DNA of 64,000 nucleotides, from NCBI GenBank assembly GCA_045536935.1, contig JAZSOO010000036.1:22854-86853 (forward strand), given 5' to 3'. Numbering within the stretch: the stretch's first letter is position 1; every line of letters starts with the position of its first letter. The stretch comes from Eubacteriales bacterium. GTDB taxonomy: Bacteria; Bacillota; Clostridia; Oscillospirales; CAG-382. Below, in pieces: positions 54,856-64,000 of this stretch. Made by a program: the position numbers and the translations under genes. The notes beneath the pieces were generated by a model. That model was not told the origin of the DNA. It did not search any database and saw only the letters and a program-made list of their open reading frames with translations.

Positions 54856-56121
54856 ATGAAAAGGTTTGCTTCAATTGCGCTTGCGGTAATTATGCTTTTT
54901 GCGATAATTCCGTTTTCTGCTTCCGCAGACGGCGATATCATTTTTCGCTTGAGCGATGATAAAACCTATTATATGGTTTCTGTCTATAACGGCGGCGATG
55001 CCGAAATTACGGTTCCTTCGGTTTATAACGAAAAACCCGTTAGAACGATCGAAAGTATGGCATTTATGTCCTGCCGAGATCTAAAATCGGTAGTCATTCC
55101 CGAGGGCATAACCAAAATCGGCGATTATGCGTTTTCCTATTGTCCTTCGCTGTCTTCGGTCGTAATTCCGAAGAGTGTGACAGACGTCGGAGAATATGCC
55201 TTTTCGGGTTGCAAGAACCTTGCGGATATTTATTGCGAAGCAGATTCAAAACCGGAATCTTGGAATGAAGATTGGAATGCTTCCTGCAAAGCAAGCGTTC
55301 ATTGGGACAGCAACAATATTACGATAACGAAAAATCTTTCCTCGCTTTCTGCTACAAGCGGAAGTGACGTAAAAATATCCGTCGGGGCGATCGGTGTTGG
55401 CTTGACTTATAAATGGTATTTCAAGAACAAAAATGCTTCTTCTTTTGCTTTGACAAATACCTTCAAATCAAATTCCTACAGTATAAAAATGGATTCAACA
55501 CGTGCATCACGTCAGGTCTATTGTGAAATAACGAACGCTTTCGGCAAAACCGTGCGTACAAATATCGCAACGCTCGGTATGGCGGTCGATATAACCAAAC
55601 AGCCCGAAAGTATTGCCGTTCAAAGCGGAAATATCGCAAAGGTCACGGTGAAAGCATCGGGCGAGGGAAAGACTTATCAATGGTATTATAAGGATAAGAA
55701 CGCAACGAAGTTCGCATTGACAAAAACCTTTACGGGCGATTCCTATTATGTAGAAATGAACGGAACACGTGCTTCACGCCAAGTTTATTGCGTGATCACC
55801 GATAAATACGGAAACAGTAAAAAGACAAACACGGTAACGCTCGGTATGGCTGTTAAGATAACAAAGCAACCTATTTCCGTAAAGACTTCAAACGGAAAAG
55901 AGGCAAGAACAACAGTAACCGCATCGGGTGAAGGCAAAACGTATAAATGGTACTATAAGGACAAGGGAATGACCGAATTTAAGTATACGTCTTCCTTCAA
56001 AGGCAATTCCTACTATGTAACCATGACAAACGCCCGTGCAGGCAGACAGGTCTACTGTATCGTTACGGATAAATACGGCAATTCCGAAAAATCAAATATC
56101 GTTACACTTAATAATAAGTAA
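54856..56121 (+). CDS. secreted BspA-type LRR protein with three Ig-like repeats of the same family
   Basis: Signal peptide. LRR_5 units (IPEGITKIGDYAFSYCPSL, IPKSVTDVGEYAFSGCKNL). YCEADSKPESWNEDW cap. Three TY(K/Q)WY...RQVYC(E/V/I) repeats. Confidence 0.8.
   Translation: MKRFASIALAVIMLFAIIPFSASADGDIIFRLSDDKTYYMVSVYNGGDAEITVPSVYNEKPVRTIESMAFMSCRDLKSVVIPEGITKIGDYAFSYCPSLSSVVIPKSVTDVGEYAFSGCKNLADIYCEADSKPESWNEDWNASCKASVHWDSNNITITKNLSSLSATSGSDVKISVGAIGVGLTYKWYFKNKNASSFALTNTFKSNSYSIKMDSTRASRQVYCEITNAFGKTVRTNIATLGMAVDITKQPESIAVQSGNIAKVTVKASGEGKTYQWYYKDKNATKFALTKTFTGDSYYVEMNGTRASRQVYCVITDKYGNSKKTNTVTLGMAVKITKQPISVKTSNGKEARTTVTASGEGKTYKWYYKDKGMTEFKYTSSFKGNSYYVTMTNARAGRQVYCIVTDKYGNSEKSNIVTLNNK
55318..56118 (+). 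repeat. three tandem Ig-like coding repeats paralogous to 53530-54828
   Basis: Same module consensus as the upstream gene. Confidence 0.85.
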
Positions 56122-56125
56122 CCGT

Positions 56126-56153
56126 AAAAGGAGAGGGAAGCCTCTCCTTTTTT
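56126..56153 (+). terminator. intrinsic terminator
   Basis: GGAGAGG-GAAG-CCTCTCC plus TTTTTT. Confidence 0.85.
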
Positions 56154-56189
56154 GGTATATTTATAGATGTAAGATTATGTTTTATGTTG

Positions 56190-56218
56190 TTGACTTGCAG
56201 TATAAAAGGTGGTATAAT
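56190..56218 (+). promoter_or_regulatory. sigma-A promoter
   Basis: TTGACT (56190-56195), 17 nt, TATAAT (56213-56218). Confidence 0.6.
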
Positions 56219-56249
56219 AACGGTATAATATGTAGAACGGAGAATTATT

Positions 56250-58181
56250 ATGGCTTCTCTTTTCAATAACGGTAAAGTAAGACGCGTCATTTTGTTCATA
56301 ATGGATATTTTGATGTTCCTTGGTATAAATGAGGGATATTATCAGGCAACCCGTATATTCTCGAACTCTCCGAATTATAACGACCAAAAATATCTCGTAA
56401 GTTCGTTGGTTCTTTTGGCATCGATAATCTTCTTCAGATTGATTTTCCGTGTATATTCGAACATCTGGAGATATACAAGCACTAAGGCATATTTCAACCT
56501 TATCCTTGCCGATCTTTGCGGCGGTGCGCTTGCAATTGTAATTTCACGTGCATTTCCGGACACCGCTCCTATATATTTAGGCATTTGGCATTCGCTGAAC
56601 GTTGCTTCGCTTACTGCGCTTTTCTCGGTTTTGGCTCGCTTGACCTACCGTTTGATCTATAAAACTCGCAAAGGTCTTGATCCTGAGGGATCTCCTCATA
56701 TCAACGTTGCGATCGTCGGCGCAGGTCAGCTTGGTGCGATCCTTGCGAGTGACCTTACAACGAAACACCGTTCTATCTATAACCCCGTGTTCTTTATCGA
56801 TACCGATAATGCAAAAACGGGCTCGAGAGTACACAACCTTCCTGTTTATAAGGAAAATGCGGCGGTTCTCGACAAGATAAAACGCTATTCCGTAAGCGAG
56901 ATCTTCATCGCAATTGCAAATCTTACGAGTGAAGAAGCGACCCGTATCTACAATTTCTATAGTCTTACGGGCTGTAAGATAAAGCTTTACGACCTTCCCG
57001 TTCGTGATGCAAACCCCAATGGCGTTCCCGGTAAGAGAACGATACGTGAATTCCAGATCGAAGACCTTCTTTTCCGTCAACCCATCAATTTCTTCGATTC
57101 CGAAAGCAAAAACTATTACAGCGATAAGACCGTTCTCGTAACGGGCGGCGGCGGCTCGATAGGTAGTGAGATATGCCGCCAGCTTGCAAAATGCTCTCCC
57201 AAAAAGCTTATTATCGTTGATATCTATGAAAATAACGCATACGATATCCAACAGGAGCTTGTAAGAAAATACGGCGATAAGCTTGATCTTGCCGTTGAGA
57301 TCGCATCGGTACGTGATAAAGAAAGACTTTCCTGCCTTTTCAAGAACTACCGTCCCAATATCGTCTTCCACGCCGCAGCGCATAAGCACGTTCCGCTTAT
57401 GGAACAAAGCGGTTGCGAAGCAATCAAGAACAACGTTTTGGGTACGTATAATACCGCCGACGTTGCGGAAGAATACGGTGTTGAGAAATTCATTTTGATC
57501 TCTACCGACAAGGCTGTTAACCCCCCGAACATTATGGGCGCTTCAAAACGTCTTTGCGAAATGGTCGTACAGTGCAGAACAGACAGCAAAACTTCGTTTG
57601 CGGCGGTTCGTTTCGGTAACGTTCTCGGCTCTAACGGATCGGTAATTCCTCTCTTCAAGCGTCAGATCGCTGCAGGTGGCCCCATAACCATTACCGATAA
57701 ACGCATAATCCGCTATTTTATGACTATTCCCGAAGCAAGCCAGCTTGTTATGCAGGCGGGCGCTATGGCAAATAAGGGCGAGCTTTTCGTGCTCGATATG
57801 GGTAAACCCGTCCGTATTTACGACCTTGCAAGAAATATGATAAAGCTTTCGGGCTTCGAACCCGACGTTGATATCAAGATCGAAGAGATAGGTCTCCGTC
57901 CCGGCGAAAAGCTTTATGAAGAGCTTTTGATGAAGACCGAAACGCTCGATATGACCGAGAATAAGATGATATTCATCGAGCGTGATACTCCTCTCACAAG
58001 AGAACAGGTCGATGAAAAACTTGCTATCCTTAAACAAGCTGTTGAAGAATCCAAATGCGAGATCGGCTCTGCAAAGGTTAAGGAAGCGGTCAAATCCGTC
58101 GTTCCCACGTTCCGTGAACCTAACGAAATCAACAAAGACGCCGCTTCTTCCGACGAGATGAAGGAAGCAAAGGTTGATTAA
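56250..58181 (+). CDS. polysaccharide biosynthesis protein, CapD/PglF-like NDP-sugar 4,6-dehydratase
   Basis: 4 N-terminal TM helices, two Rossmann motifs (VGAGQLG; VTGGGGSIGSE), and an SDR block with AAHKHVPLME. Confidence 0.85.
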   Translation: MASLFNNGKVRRVILFIMDILMFLGINEGYYQATRIFSNSPNYNDQKYLVSSLVLLASIIFFRLIFRVYSNIWRYTSTKAYFNLILADLCGGALAIVISRAFPDTAPIYLGIWHSLNVASLTALFSVLARLTYRLIYKTRKGLDPEGSPHINVAIVGAGQLGAILASDLTTKHRSIYNPVFFIDTDNAKTGSRVHNLPVYKENAAVLDKIKRYSVSEIFIAIANLTSEEATRIYNFYSLTGCKIKLYDLPVRDANPNGVPGKRTIREFQIEDLLFRQPINFFDSESKNYYSDKTVLVTGGGGSIGSEICRQLAKCSPKKLIIVDIYENNAYDIQQELVRKYGDKLDLAVEIASVRDKERLSCLFKNYRPNIVFHAAAHKHVPLMEQSGCEAIKNNVLGTYNTADVAEEYGVEKFILISTDKAVNPPNIMGASKRLCEMVVQCRTDSKTSFAAVRFGNVLGSNGSVIPLFKRQIAAGGPITITDKRIIRYFMTIPEASQLVMQAGAMANKGELFVLDMGKPVRIYDLARNMIKLSGFEPDVDIKIEEIGLRPGEKLYEELLMKTETLDMTENKMIFIERDTPLTREQVDEKLAILKQAVEESKCEIGSAKVKEAVKSVVPTFREPNEINKDAASSDEMKEAKVD

Positions 58182-58190
58182 AAAATCCTC

Positions 58191-58219
58191 TTGACAAACT
58201 AAAATCGTAATGATACAAT
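58191..58219 (+). promoter_or_regulatory. sigma-A promoter with extended -10 for the GntR-ABC operon
   Basis: TTGACA (58191-58196), 17 nt, TGaTACAAT (58211-58219). Confidence 0.6.
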
Positions 58220-58220
58220 A

Positions 58221-58245
58221 AGTGTGCTATCAGAGATAGCACACT
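58221..58245. promoter_or_regulatory. perfect 11-bp inverted repeat at the transcription start (candidate GntR operator; may also terminate the capD-like gene)
   Basis: AGTGTGCTATC-AGA-GATAGCACACT followed by TTTTC. Confidence 0.5.
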
Positions 58246-58267
58246 TTTCTTATTTTGAGGTAACACG

Positions 58268-58639
58268 ATGTTTGTGATCGACAATTCAAGCAAAACCCCA
58301 ATCTATGAACAGATCAAAACGCAGATACTTGCGCTTGTTTCGAGCGGAGTTTTAAAACCGGGCGATAAATTGCCTTCGTTGCGTTCGCTTTCATCGTCGA
58401 TGAGCCTCAATATCAACACTATCAAAAAGGTTTTTTCAGAGCTTGAAAACGACGGAGTAATAATATCCGTTCTCGGAAGCGGCAGCTATGTTTCCGATGA
58501 TGCCGTAAGAAACCCGAAGATCCTTGAAAAAGCCGAAAACGAACTGACTGAAGCGCTGCGGTCGGCAAAATCGGCGGGTGTTACAAAAGAAGAGGTCCTT
58601 TCTTTGATAGAAAAAATCTATGAGGAGGAAATCCGATGA
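58268..58639 (+). CDS. GntR-family transcriptional regulator (YtrA subfamily)
   Basis: 123 aa. PIYEQIKTQILALVSSGVLKPGDKLPSLRSLSSSMSLNINTIKKVFSELENDG winged HTH with a short C-terminal domain. Confidence 0.85.
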   Translation: MFVIDNSSKTPIYEQIKTQILALVSSGVLKPGDKLPSLRSLSSSMSLNINTIKKVFSELENDGVIISVLGSGSYVSDDAVRNPKILEKAENELTEALRSAKSAGVTKEEVLSLIEKIYEEEIR

Positions 58640-59553
58640 TAAAAATAGACGGTGTTTCAAAAAGCTTCGGCAAATTGAAGGTTCTGAATGATATAACCTT
58701 TTCTGTAAATAACGGTTCTATCTACGGCCTTATCGGTTACAACGGAGCAGGTAAGACAACGCTTTTGAACATAATTTCGGGCCTTTTCAAGCCCGATAGG
58801 GGAACGGTGTCTATCGAGCTTAATAGAAAAATGCATAAACCGTTTGACGATCCTTACGTTAAACGTGCATTGTATTACGTCACCGACGATCCCTATTATT
58901 TTCCGAATACAAACCTTGTCGGTATGCGTGATTTTTATTGCGGAATGTATCCCAATTGGAGCGACACAAGCTTTAAAAAGCTGGTTGATCTCTTCGGTAT
59001 CGACCCGAATAAACGTATATCCGATTTTTCGAAAGGTATGAAACGTCAATCGGCAATAATTCTTGCTATGTCTGCCAGACCCGAATATCTTTTGCTTGAC
59101 GAAAGCTTTGACGGACTTGATCCCAATATAAGAACGATAGTAGGCGGACTTTTAACGGAATATATTGCCGAAACGGAAGGTTCGGTAATTGCCGCATCGC
59201 ACAATCTTTACGAGCTTGAAAGTATTTGCGATTCTCTTGGTATGATAAACGGTACAAACCTTCTTCATACGGGCGACATCGAGGATATCAAGTCGGCGGC
59301 GAAAAAATACCGTGTTGCCGTCAATTCTCCGCTTGATACCGATACGGTAGAATCACTCAAACTTAAATTCTTTAAAAACGAGGGCAATATCTATACGTTC
59401 CAAAGCTCCGAACCCGAAGATAAGATAAAGTCTGCCTTTTCAAAGGACAGAGAACTTCTTCTTTTCGAAAGCTTCGGTATGACCTTAAACGAAATATTCA
59501 TTTACGAAACGGAGGGCAAGGGAAATGAAATTGAAGGCATATTCGCAGAATAA
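58636..59553 (+). CDS. ABC transporter ATP-binding protein
   Basis: Walker A GYNGAGKTT, degenerate signature motif FSKGMKRQ, Walker B LLLDESFDGLD. 4-nt overlap with the GntR gene. Confidence 0.88.
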   Translation: MIKIDGVSKSFGKLKVLNDITFSVNNGSIYGLIGYNGAGKTTLLNIISGLFKPDRGTVSIELNRKMHKPFDDPYVKRALYYVTDDPYYFPNTNLVGMRDFYCGMYPNWSDTSFKKLVDLFGIDPNKRISDFSKGMKRQSAIILAMSARPEYLLLDESFDGLDPNIRTIVGGLLTEYIAETEGSVIAASHNLYELESICDSLGMINGTNLLHTGDIEDIKSAAKKYRVAVNSPLDTDTVESLKLKFFKNEGNIYTFQSSEPEDKIKSAFSKDRELLLFESFGMTLNEIFIYETEGKGNEIEGIFAE

Positions 59554-61696
59554 CCCTGCAAAGCATCTTGTATTGCACACGTTAAAACGTTTTCTCTGGC
59601 TTCCTTTTGCAATTCTCGTTTTAAGCGGATTCATTTTCGCAGGAACAGAAATATTAATGGAAAATAGCATTTTGAAAATGCTTATCACAACGGCGACAGG
59701 CTCTTTATACGGCTTTAATAATGAAGAGTTCTGGCCCTATTTTCCGTATTTTCTAATCTTCTTTTCCGTTCTTTCTGCATACGTTATGTTTGCCTTCCTT
59801 TTCAAAAAGAAAAGCTCTCAGGCGATGCTTTTGACGGGTGTTTCAAGAACCGCACTGTTTTTTACAAGATATATTTACGGATTCTTGTCGACGATAATAC
59901 CTGTTTTAAGTATGATGTTGTTGATGCTCGCACTCGGCGCAAGTAAGTTTGAAAACGGAACTCCTTTTGCCGAAAATACGGGAATGATGCTGTTGATAGT
60001 CTGCCTAACGGTGCTCTATACCTATACCGTTGCGGTCATTGCGGCAACACTTTGCGGAAGAATGATAGAATTTTTCGTTGTCTGCACAGTGTTCTGCTTT
60101 GGCGTTCAGGGCTTGATGCTTTTCACCGTGCTTATGTGCGCATCCTTCCTTAACGGGTTCGGCTATACGATAAGGGACGAATCTAACCTGCCCTACAGAT
60201 TCCCGCAACTGTTTGATAAATATTCGGATCTGTCAATAAATACTCTCTTCAAAAACGCCTACTGCGAATACCCCCGATCGGGATACAACGTACCCGAAAA
60301 CGATTACGGTAAAGTTGACCTTTCGGTATACAGTTCGCAAGCAATATGGCTTTTTGTTATAACTCTTGCGCTTGTCTGCCTTGCGATGTATATCTTTAAA
60401 AACCGCAAAGCCGAATTCGACGGCAAGCCGAATTCGAACAAGGCTTTATCGGCTGTATGCTCGGTAATAATATCGCTCGTGCTTTCGTCGCTTATGCTGT
60501 TTGCAGGCAAAAACGCAGGTATACTGTGCGGGATGGCGGTTTTGTTTATCGTCCTCTGCGGAGCAGGCTTTATGTTCTTCAACGGTACGGCAAGAAAAGC
60601 GGCGGTATCGCTTAAATATTCTCTTTCGGGTGTCGTATTGATAGCAGTATTGATTCTCGGTCTGCATTTCGATGTTTTCGGATATTCCTCTAAAACACCC
60701 GATATTTCAGAGATAGAATCGGTTCGAATGAGCTGGAAATGCGACGGCGACTACTTTACGGGCAAGGGAACGTCGGGTTTTGAAAGAATGCTGCAGGCGA
60801 CCTACGTTGATTTCGAAAACTTCCCGGAGCTTACCGAAGAAGCCGACGTAAAGAAAGCCATCGAAGTGCACAAAATGATAATTGAAGACGGCTCACGTGA
60901 AGCAACGGGATATGATTTAGAAAACTATTCCGATACGGTCGTCAATACCGATTACCATATCGTTTATAAGCTCAAAGACGGAACAGAGATGGTACGTTTT
61001 TACAGACAGATGAAGCTTTCAACGCTTTTCAAAACCTATGCTATGGAAGAAACTGCGCCGTATAAAGAGGTTTTGGAGAATAATCTTGTAAACCCATACA
61101 ACCTTGGCTTTTATGAATATGAAAATTCTACCTTTGCGCTTTCGGATAATATGCTCTCCAACGCAGTTCCGATAGAACTCTCTGCCGAAGAAAAGACAGA
61201 GCTTATCAATGCTCTTGCCGCTGACAAGGCAGACGAGACCTACGAAGAACGCTACCACCCCGAAAAAGAATGTGTCGGCGTGCTTTGGCGTTCCTTCCAA
61301 GACGACGGCGTTAAAATACGTACGGGCAGTATGGTATTGATATACGAGCAGGATAAAAATACGCTTGATTGGCTTGAAGAGAAAGGTTTTACAAACGCAT
61401 TTTCGGCGGATTATACCGTAAAATCAATAGAGATATTCAAGCTTAACTATTACGTTAATGAATTCGTAAGCGAAATGGCGGTGGACAGAATCTATAAGCC
61501 TGAATTCAATCAGGATATGTTTATCGGCGCACGCTCGGGTATAAAGATACGTGACGTTGATGAAAACGAATTCGGTTCTATCCTTCGAAAAACACGCTTG
61601 CATTATTTTACGGACAAAGGAAATGAATTCGCTGTTATAACCCTTATCAATAAAAACGGTGAAGAAATAAAGACAACGAAATATCTTGTTGACTGA
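59525..61696 (+). CDS. ABC-associated multi-TM membrane protein with large C-terminal extracytoplasmic domain
   Basis: 723 aa, about 8-10 TM helices in the first 400 aa, then a soluble domain. Overlaps the ATPase gene. Confidence 0.6.
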   Translation: MKLKAYSQNNPAKHLVLHTLKRFLWLPFAILVLSGFIFAGTEILMENSILKMLITTATGSLYGFNNEEFWPYFPYFLIFFSVLSAYVMFAFLFKKKSSQAMLLTGVSRTALFFTRYIYGFLSTIIPVLSMMLLMLALGASKFENGTPFAENTGMMLLIVCLTVLYTYTVAVIAATLCGRMIEFFVVCTVFCFGVQGLMLFTVLMCASFLNGFGYTIRDESNLPYRFPQLFDKYSDLSINTLFKNAYCEYPRSGYNVPENDYGKVDLSVYSSQAIWLFVITLALVCLAMYIFKNRKAEFDGKPNSNKALSAVCSVIISLVLSSLMLFAGKNAGILCGMAVLFIVLCGAGFMFFNGTARKAAVSLKYSLSGVVLIAVLILGLHFDVFGYSSKTPDISEIESVRMSWKCDGDYFTGKGTSGFERMLQATYVDFENFPELTEEADVKKAIEVHKMIIEDGSREATGYDLENYSDTVVNTDYHIVYKLKDGTEMVRFYRQMKLSTLFKTYAMEETAPYKEVLENNLVNPYNLGFYEYENSTFALSDNMLSNAVPIELSAEEKTELINALAADKADETYEERYHPEKECVGVLWRSFQDDGVKIRTGSMVLIYEQDKNTLDWLEEKGFTNAFSADYTVKSIEIFKLNYYVNEFVSEMAVDRIYKPEFNQDMFIGARSGIKIRDVDENEFGSILRKTRLHYFTDKGNEFAVITLINKNGEEIKTTKYLVD

Positions 61697-61701
61697 CACA
61701 C

Positions 61702-61735
61702 AAAAAAGTGATGCGTTTTTACGCATCACTTTTTT
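61702..61735. terminator. bidirectional intrinsic terminator
   Basis: AGTGATGCGT-TTTT-ACGCATCACT plus TTTTT. The PAP2 stop codon lies inside the right arm. Confidence 0.85.
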
Positions 61736-62241
61736 ATACGTTTTATTATTAAGTATGAAATATATCCGCAGACACTTCCGATTATCGAGCCTGCAAGAAC
61801 GTCGCTCGGGAAATGGAGATATAAATAAAGCCGTGAAAATGCAATGAGAAGGGCAAGAATAAGCGCAAAAGTACCGTATTTTTTGTTGTTGCAGAATATG
61901 GCAACAGAAGCCGCAAACGAAGCCGAGCTGTGCCCCGACGGGAATGAAAAATCCGTCGGCTTGTCGGTAATAAGCTTTATGCCTTCCGCAAGGTCAAAAG
62001 GACGTGTTCTTGCAATCAACGGCTTTAACGTGATATTTGTCACCACAAAATTAAAAATAAGAGCTAAACAAACGGCAATACCAATCTTCCTCGTTTTCTC
62101 GAAGAAAAGAAGGATAACACCCGTTAATATCCAGATCCGGCCTGCATCGCCCGAGAAGGTTATAAATTTCATGACCGAATCAAGCAACGGGCAGGAGAGA
62201 TATTCTCTTATAAGATCAAGAATTGCAAATTCAAAATCCAT
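61726..62241 (-). CDS. PAP2-family phosphatase (undecaprenyl-diphosphatase-like)
   Basis: PAP2 motifs KPLIARTRP, PSGHS and SRLYLYLHFPSD. Confidence 0.85.
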   Translation of the reverse strand: MDFEFAILDLIREYLSCPLLDSVMKFITFSGDAGRIWILTGVILLFFEKTRKIGIAVCLALIFNFVVTNITLKPLIARTRPFDLAEGIKLITDKPTDFSFPSGHSSASFAASVAIFCNNKKYGTFALILALLIAFSRLYLYLHFPSDVLAGSIIGSVCGYISYLIIKRIKK

Positions 62242-62242
62242 A

Positions 62243-62749
62243 TCAGAAATTAATGCTTTGGCGAATCGTCATAGCACCCTTTTCGAGCGAAACGGTACCT
62301 GTTCTGCATATTTCAAGGATAGTGAAATCACGCATAAGGTCGATAAAATCGTCGATCCTTCTGCTGTCGTCAGTAAGACGCAAAACTATCGAATCCTTCG
62401 AATAATCAATAGTCGCTGCACCGAATGCTTCTGCCGCAGTTTTAATTTCGTCACGGTCGTTTATATCGTTTTTCATCTTGATAAGCAAAAGCTCACAGCT
62501 GACGGAATTATCAATGGTAAATTCCTTGATAGAGCAAACGTCGGGAAGCTTGTAAAGCTGGTTAACAAGCTGTTGTTTGCCGTTTTCGTCACCGTCAAAC
62601 TTAACGGTGATTCTCGAAAATTCGTTAGATTCGGTCTCGCTCACCGTCAAAGAGCTTATGTTAAACTGTCTGCGTCTGAACATACTCGTAACTCTGTTCA
62701 AAACACCGAATTGGTTCTTGACCAAAACAGCGATAGTATATCTGTTCAT
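62243..62749 (-). CDS. ilvN: acetolactate synthase small (regulatory) subunit
   Basis: ACT-domain N-terminus TIAVLVKNQFGVLNRVTSMFRRRQFNISSLTV. 1-nt gap from ilvB. Confidence 0.9.
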   Translation of the reverse strand: MNRYTIAVLVKNQFGVLNRVTSMFRRRQFNISSLTVSETESNEFSRITVKFDGDENGKQQLVNQLYKLPDVCSIKEFTIDNSVSCELLLIKMKNDINDRDEIKTAAEAFGAATIDYSKDSIVLRLTDDSRRIDDFIDLMRDFTILEICRTGTVSLEKGAMTIRQSINF

Positions 62750-62750
62750 C

Positions 62751-64000
62751 TTAATCTCCTGTTTTAACGATCATTTCGTCAAAGCTTCCGTTAGGGGGAA
62801 GCATAGGCAAAACGAACTCGTCTTTGTCTATCTTGCAATCGATAATATAAGGTCCGTTATGGGAAAATGCCTTGTCAAGCGCAGATTCAAGCGTTTGCAT
62901 ATCACAAACACTCTCTCCTTCTGCACCGAAAGCCTTTGCAATGGCAACAAAATCCGATTTTCTGTCAAGCGTCGTGTTTGAATAATGCTTGTTGAAGAAC
63001 AAGGTCTGCCATTGTCTGACCATTCCGAGAACGCCGTTATTCATAATAACGATAACGATCGGAACGTTATACGTAACCGCCGTTGCAAGCTCCTGAAGCG
63101 ACATACCGAAGCTTCCGTCACCGCTTATAAGAACGCTTCTCTCGCCCGTGCCGAACGCCGCACCGATAGCCGCACCAAGCCCAAAGCCCATAGTACCCAA
63201 ACCGCCCGAGGTTACAAACCTACGGCTCTTTTTGAAAACTAAATTCTGTGCCGACCAAATTTGATGCTGTCCGACGTCGGTGGCAACAGCAGTATTTTCG
63301 CCAATGCGTGCGTTGATGGCGGAAATAAGGTTCTTTGGCGTAAGACCTTCACGCTTGTCCGATAGCTTTTCTTCTTCAATCTTTAATGAATCGATCTTCT
63401 TCTGCCAATCGGGCAGACTTTTTTTGTTTATAAGAGGTAAGAGCTTTAAAAGAGTTTCTTTAAGGTCACCCCTGAGAGAAATTGCCGAATTGACCGTCTT
63501 GTTAAGCTCCGAACCGTCAATGTCAATATGTATTATCTTCGATTTGGGTGCGAATTTATGTCTGTTACCCGTCGAACGGTCGTTAAAACGAACGCCGAGA
63601 GCAATTATAACGTCGGCATCGTTCATTGCGGTCGTGCAGGCATAATGACCGTGCATACCCTGCATACCAAGGAAACGGGGGTGGTCTGTCGGTATTGCCG
63701 AAAGTCCCATCATCGAACAACCGATAGGGGAATCGAGCTTTTCTGCAAGCTCAAGAAGCTCGTCCTTCGCATCTGACGAAATAATACCGCCGCCGAAATA
63801 TATAAAGGGTCTGACAGCTTCATTAATACAATCGGCAGATTGCTGAATACGAATCTCTTTTGCAGATTGCTTTTCAATGGGTTCAATAGGGGAGGAAGGG
63901 GTGTATTCGCATTTTGCGATCTGAACGTCCTTCGGTACGTCGATAAGCACCGGTCCGGGCCTGCCCGAAACGGCAAGCCTAAATGCTTCTCTTATCGTAT
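62751..64000 (-). CDS. ilvB: acetolactate synthase large subunit (5' end beyond the window)
   Basis: SGRPGPVLIDVPKDV and the ThDP motif GGLGTMGFGLGAAIGA...GDGSF..NN. The frame stays open to position 64000 (..IREAFRLAVSGRPGPV), so the track start at 63950 is internal. Confidence 0.92.
   Translation of the reverse strand, partial: TIREAFRLAVSGRPGPVLIDVPKDVQIAKCEYTPSSPIEPIEKQSAKEIRIQQSADCINEAVRPFIYFGGGIISSDAKDELLELAEKLDSPIGCSMMGLSAIPTDHPRFLGMQGMHGHYACTTAMNDADVIIALGVRFNDRSTGNRHKFAPKSKIIHIDIDGSELNKTVNSAISLRGDLKETLLKLLPLINKKSLPDWQKKIDSLKIEEEKLSDKREGLTPKNLISAINARIGENTAVATDVGQHQIWSAQNLVFKKSRRFVTSGGLGTMGFGLGAAIGAAFGTGERSVLISGDGSFGMSLQELATAVTYNVPIVIVIMNNGVLGMVRQWQTLFFNKHYSNTTLDRKSDFVAIAKAFGAEGESVCDMQTLESALDKAFSHNGPYIIDCKIDKDEFVLPMLPPNGSFDEMIVKTGD

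Overview
64-kb chromosomal window from a low-GC, endospore-forming Clostridia genome. Dockerin-tagged secreted proteins next to spo0A, spoIVB, spoIIP and gpr suggest an Oscillospiraceae (Ruminococcus-like) organism; this is inference only. I call 53 protein genes (the last, ilvB, runs off the window), 5 tRNAs (Pro-CGG; a Gly-UCC/Arg-UCU/His-GUG cluster downstream of rpsT; Arg-ACG), many intrinsic terminators and several near-consensus sigma-A promoters. Housekeeping blocks: plsC-like/gltS/aqpZ, tldD-pmbA, malQ, mnmM, type III glutamine synthetase, rpsT-gpr-spoIIP, rsmE, asnS, cysE, ung, mgtE, spoIVB/spo0A, rplU-prp-rpmA-obg, prfA, a GH73 wall hydrolase, a capD-like gene, a GntR-ABC operon and ilvBN. 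An accessory block at 27.1-41.2 kb holds an Avd-like four-helix-bundle gene coupled to a P-loop kinase, a membrane-embedded LuxR-type regulator, and four tandem signal-peptide + dockerin genes (up to 1476 aa) with no catalytic domain I recognise. The most unusual signal is in the large 3' intergenic gaps, most of which contain arrays of short hairpins. In these arrays a short linear linker motif is conserved while the stems vary, usually as a forward arm followed by an inverted arm. Examples: GTAG-hairpin REP/BIME-like units at 17.2-17.7 kb and 41.25-41.4 kb; TCGATAT-linker elements at 11.2 and 36.6 kb; an AACATCGTTT-linker array at 14.15 kb; a GTGAAG/CTTCAC-linker array at 26.9 kb. A few gaps also show duplicated local sequence. 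I saw no transposase, integrase, reverse transcriptase, cas gene or CRISPR array. A GC-rich, stem-rich orphan region of about 180 nt at 21.6 kb is a candidate ncRNA of unknown class. All functions come from motif recognition by eye; no database search or folding program was available.
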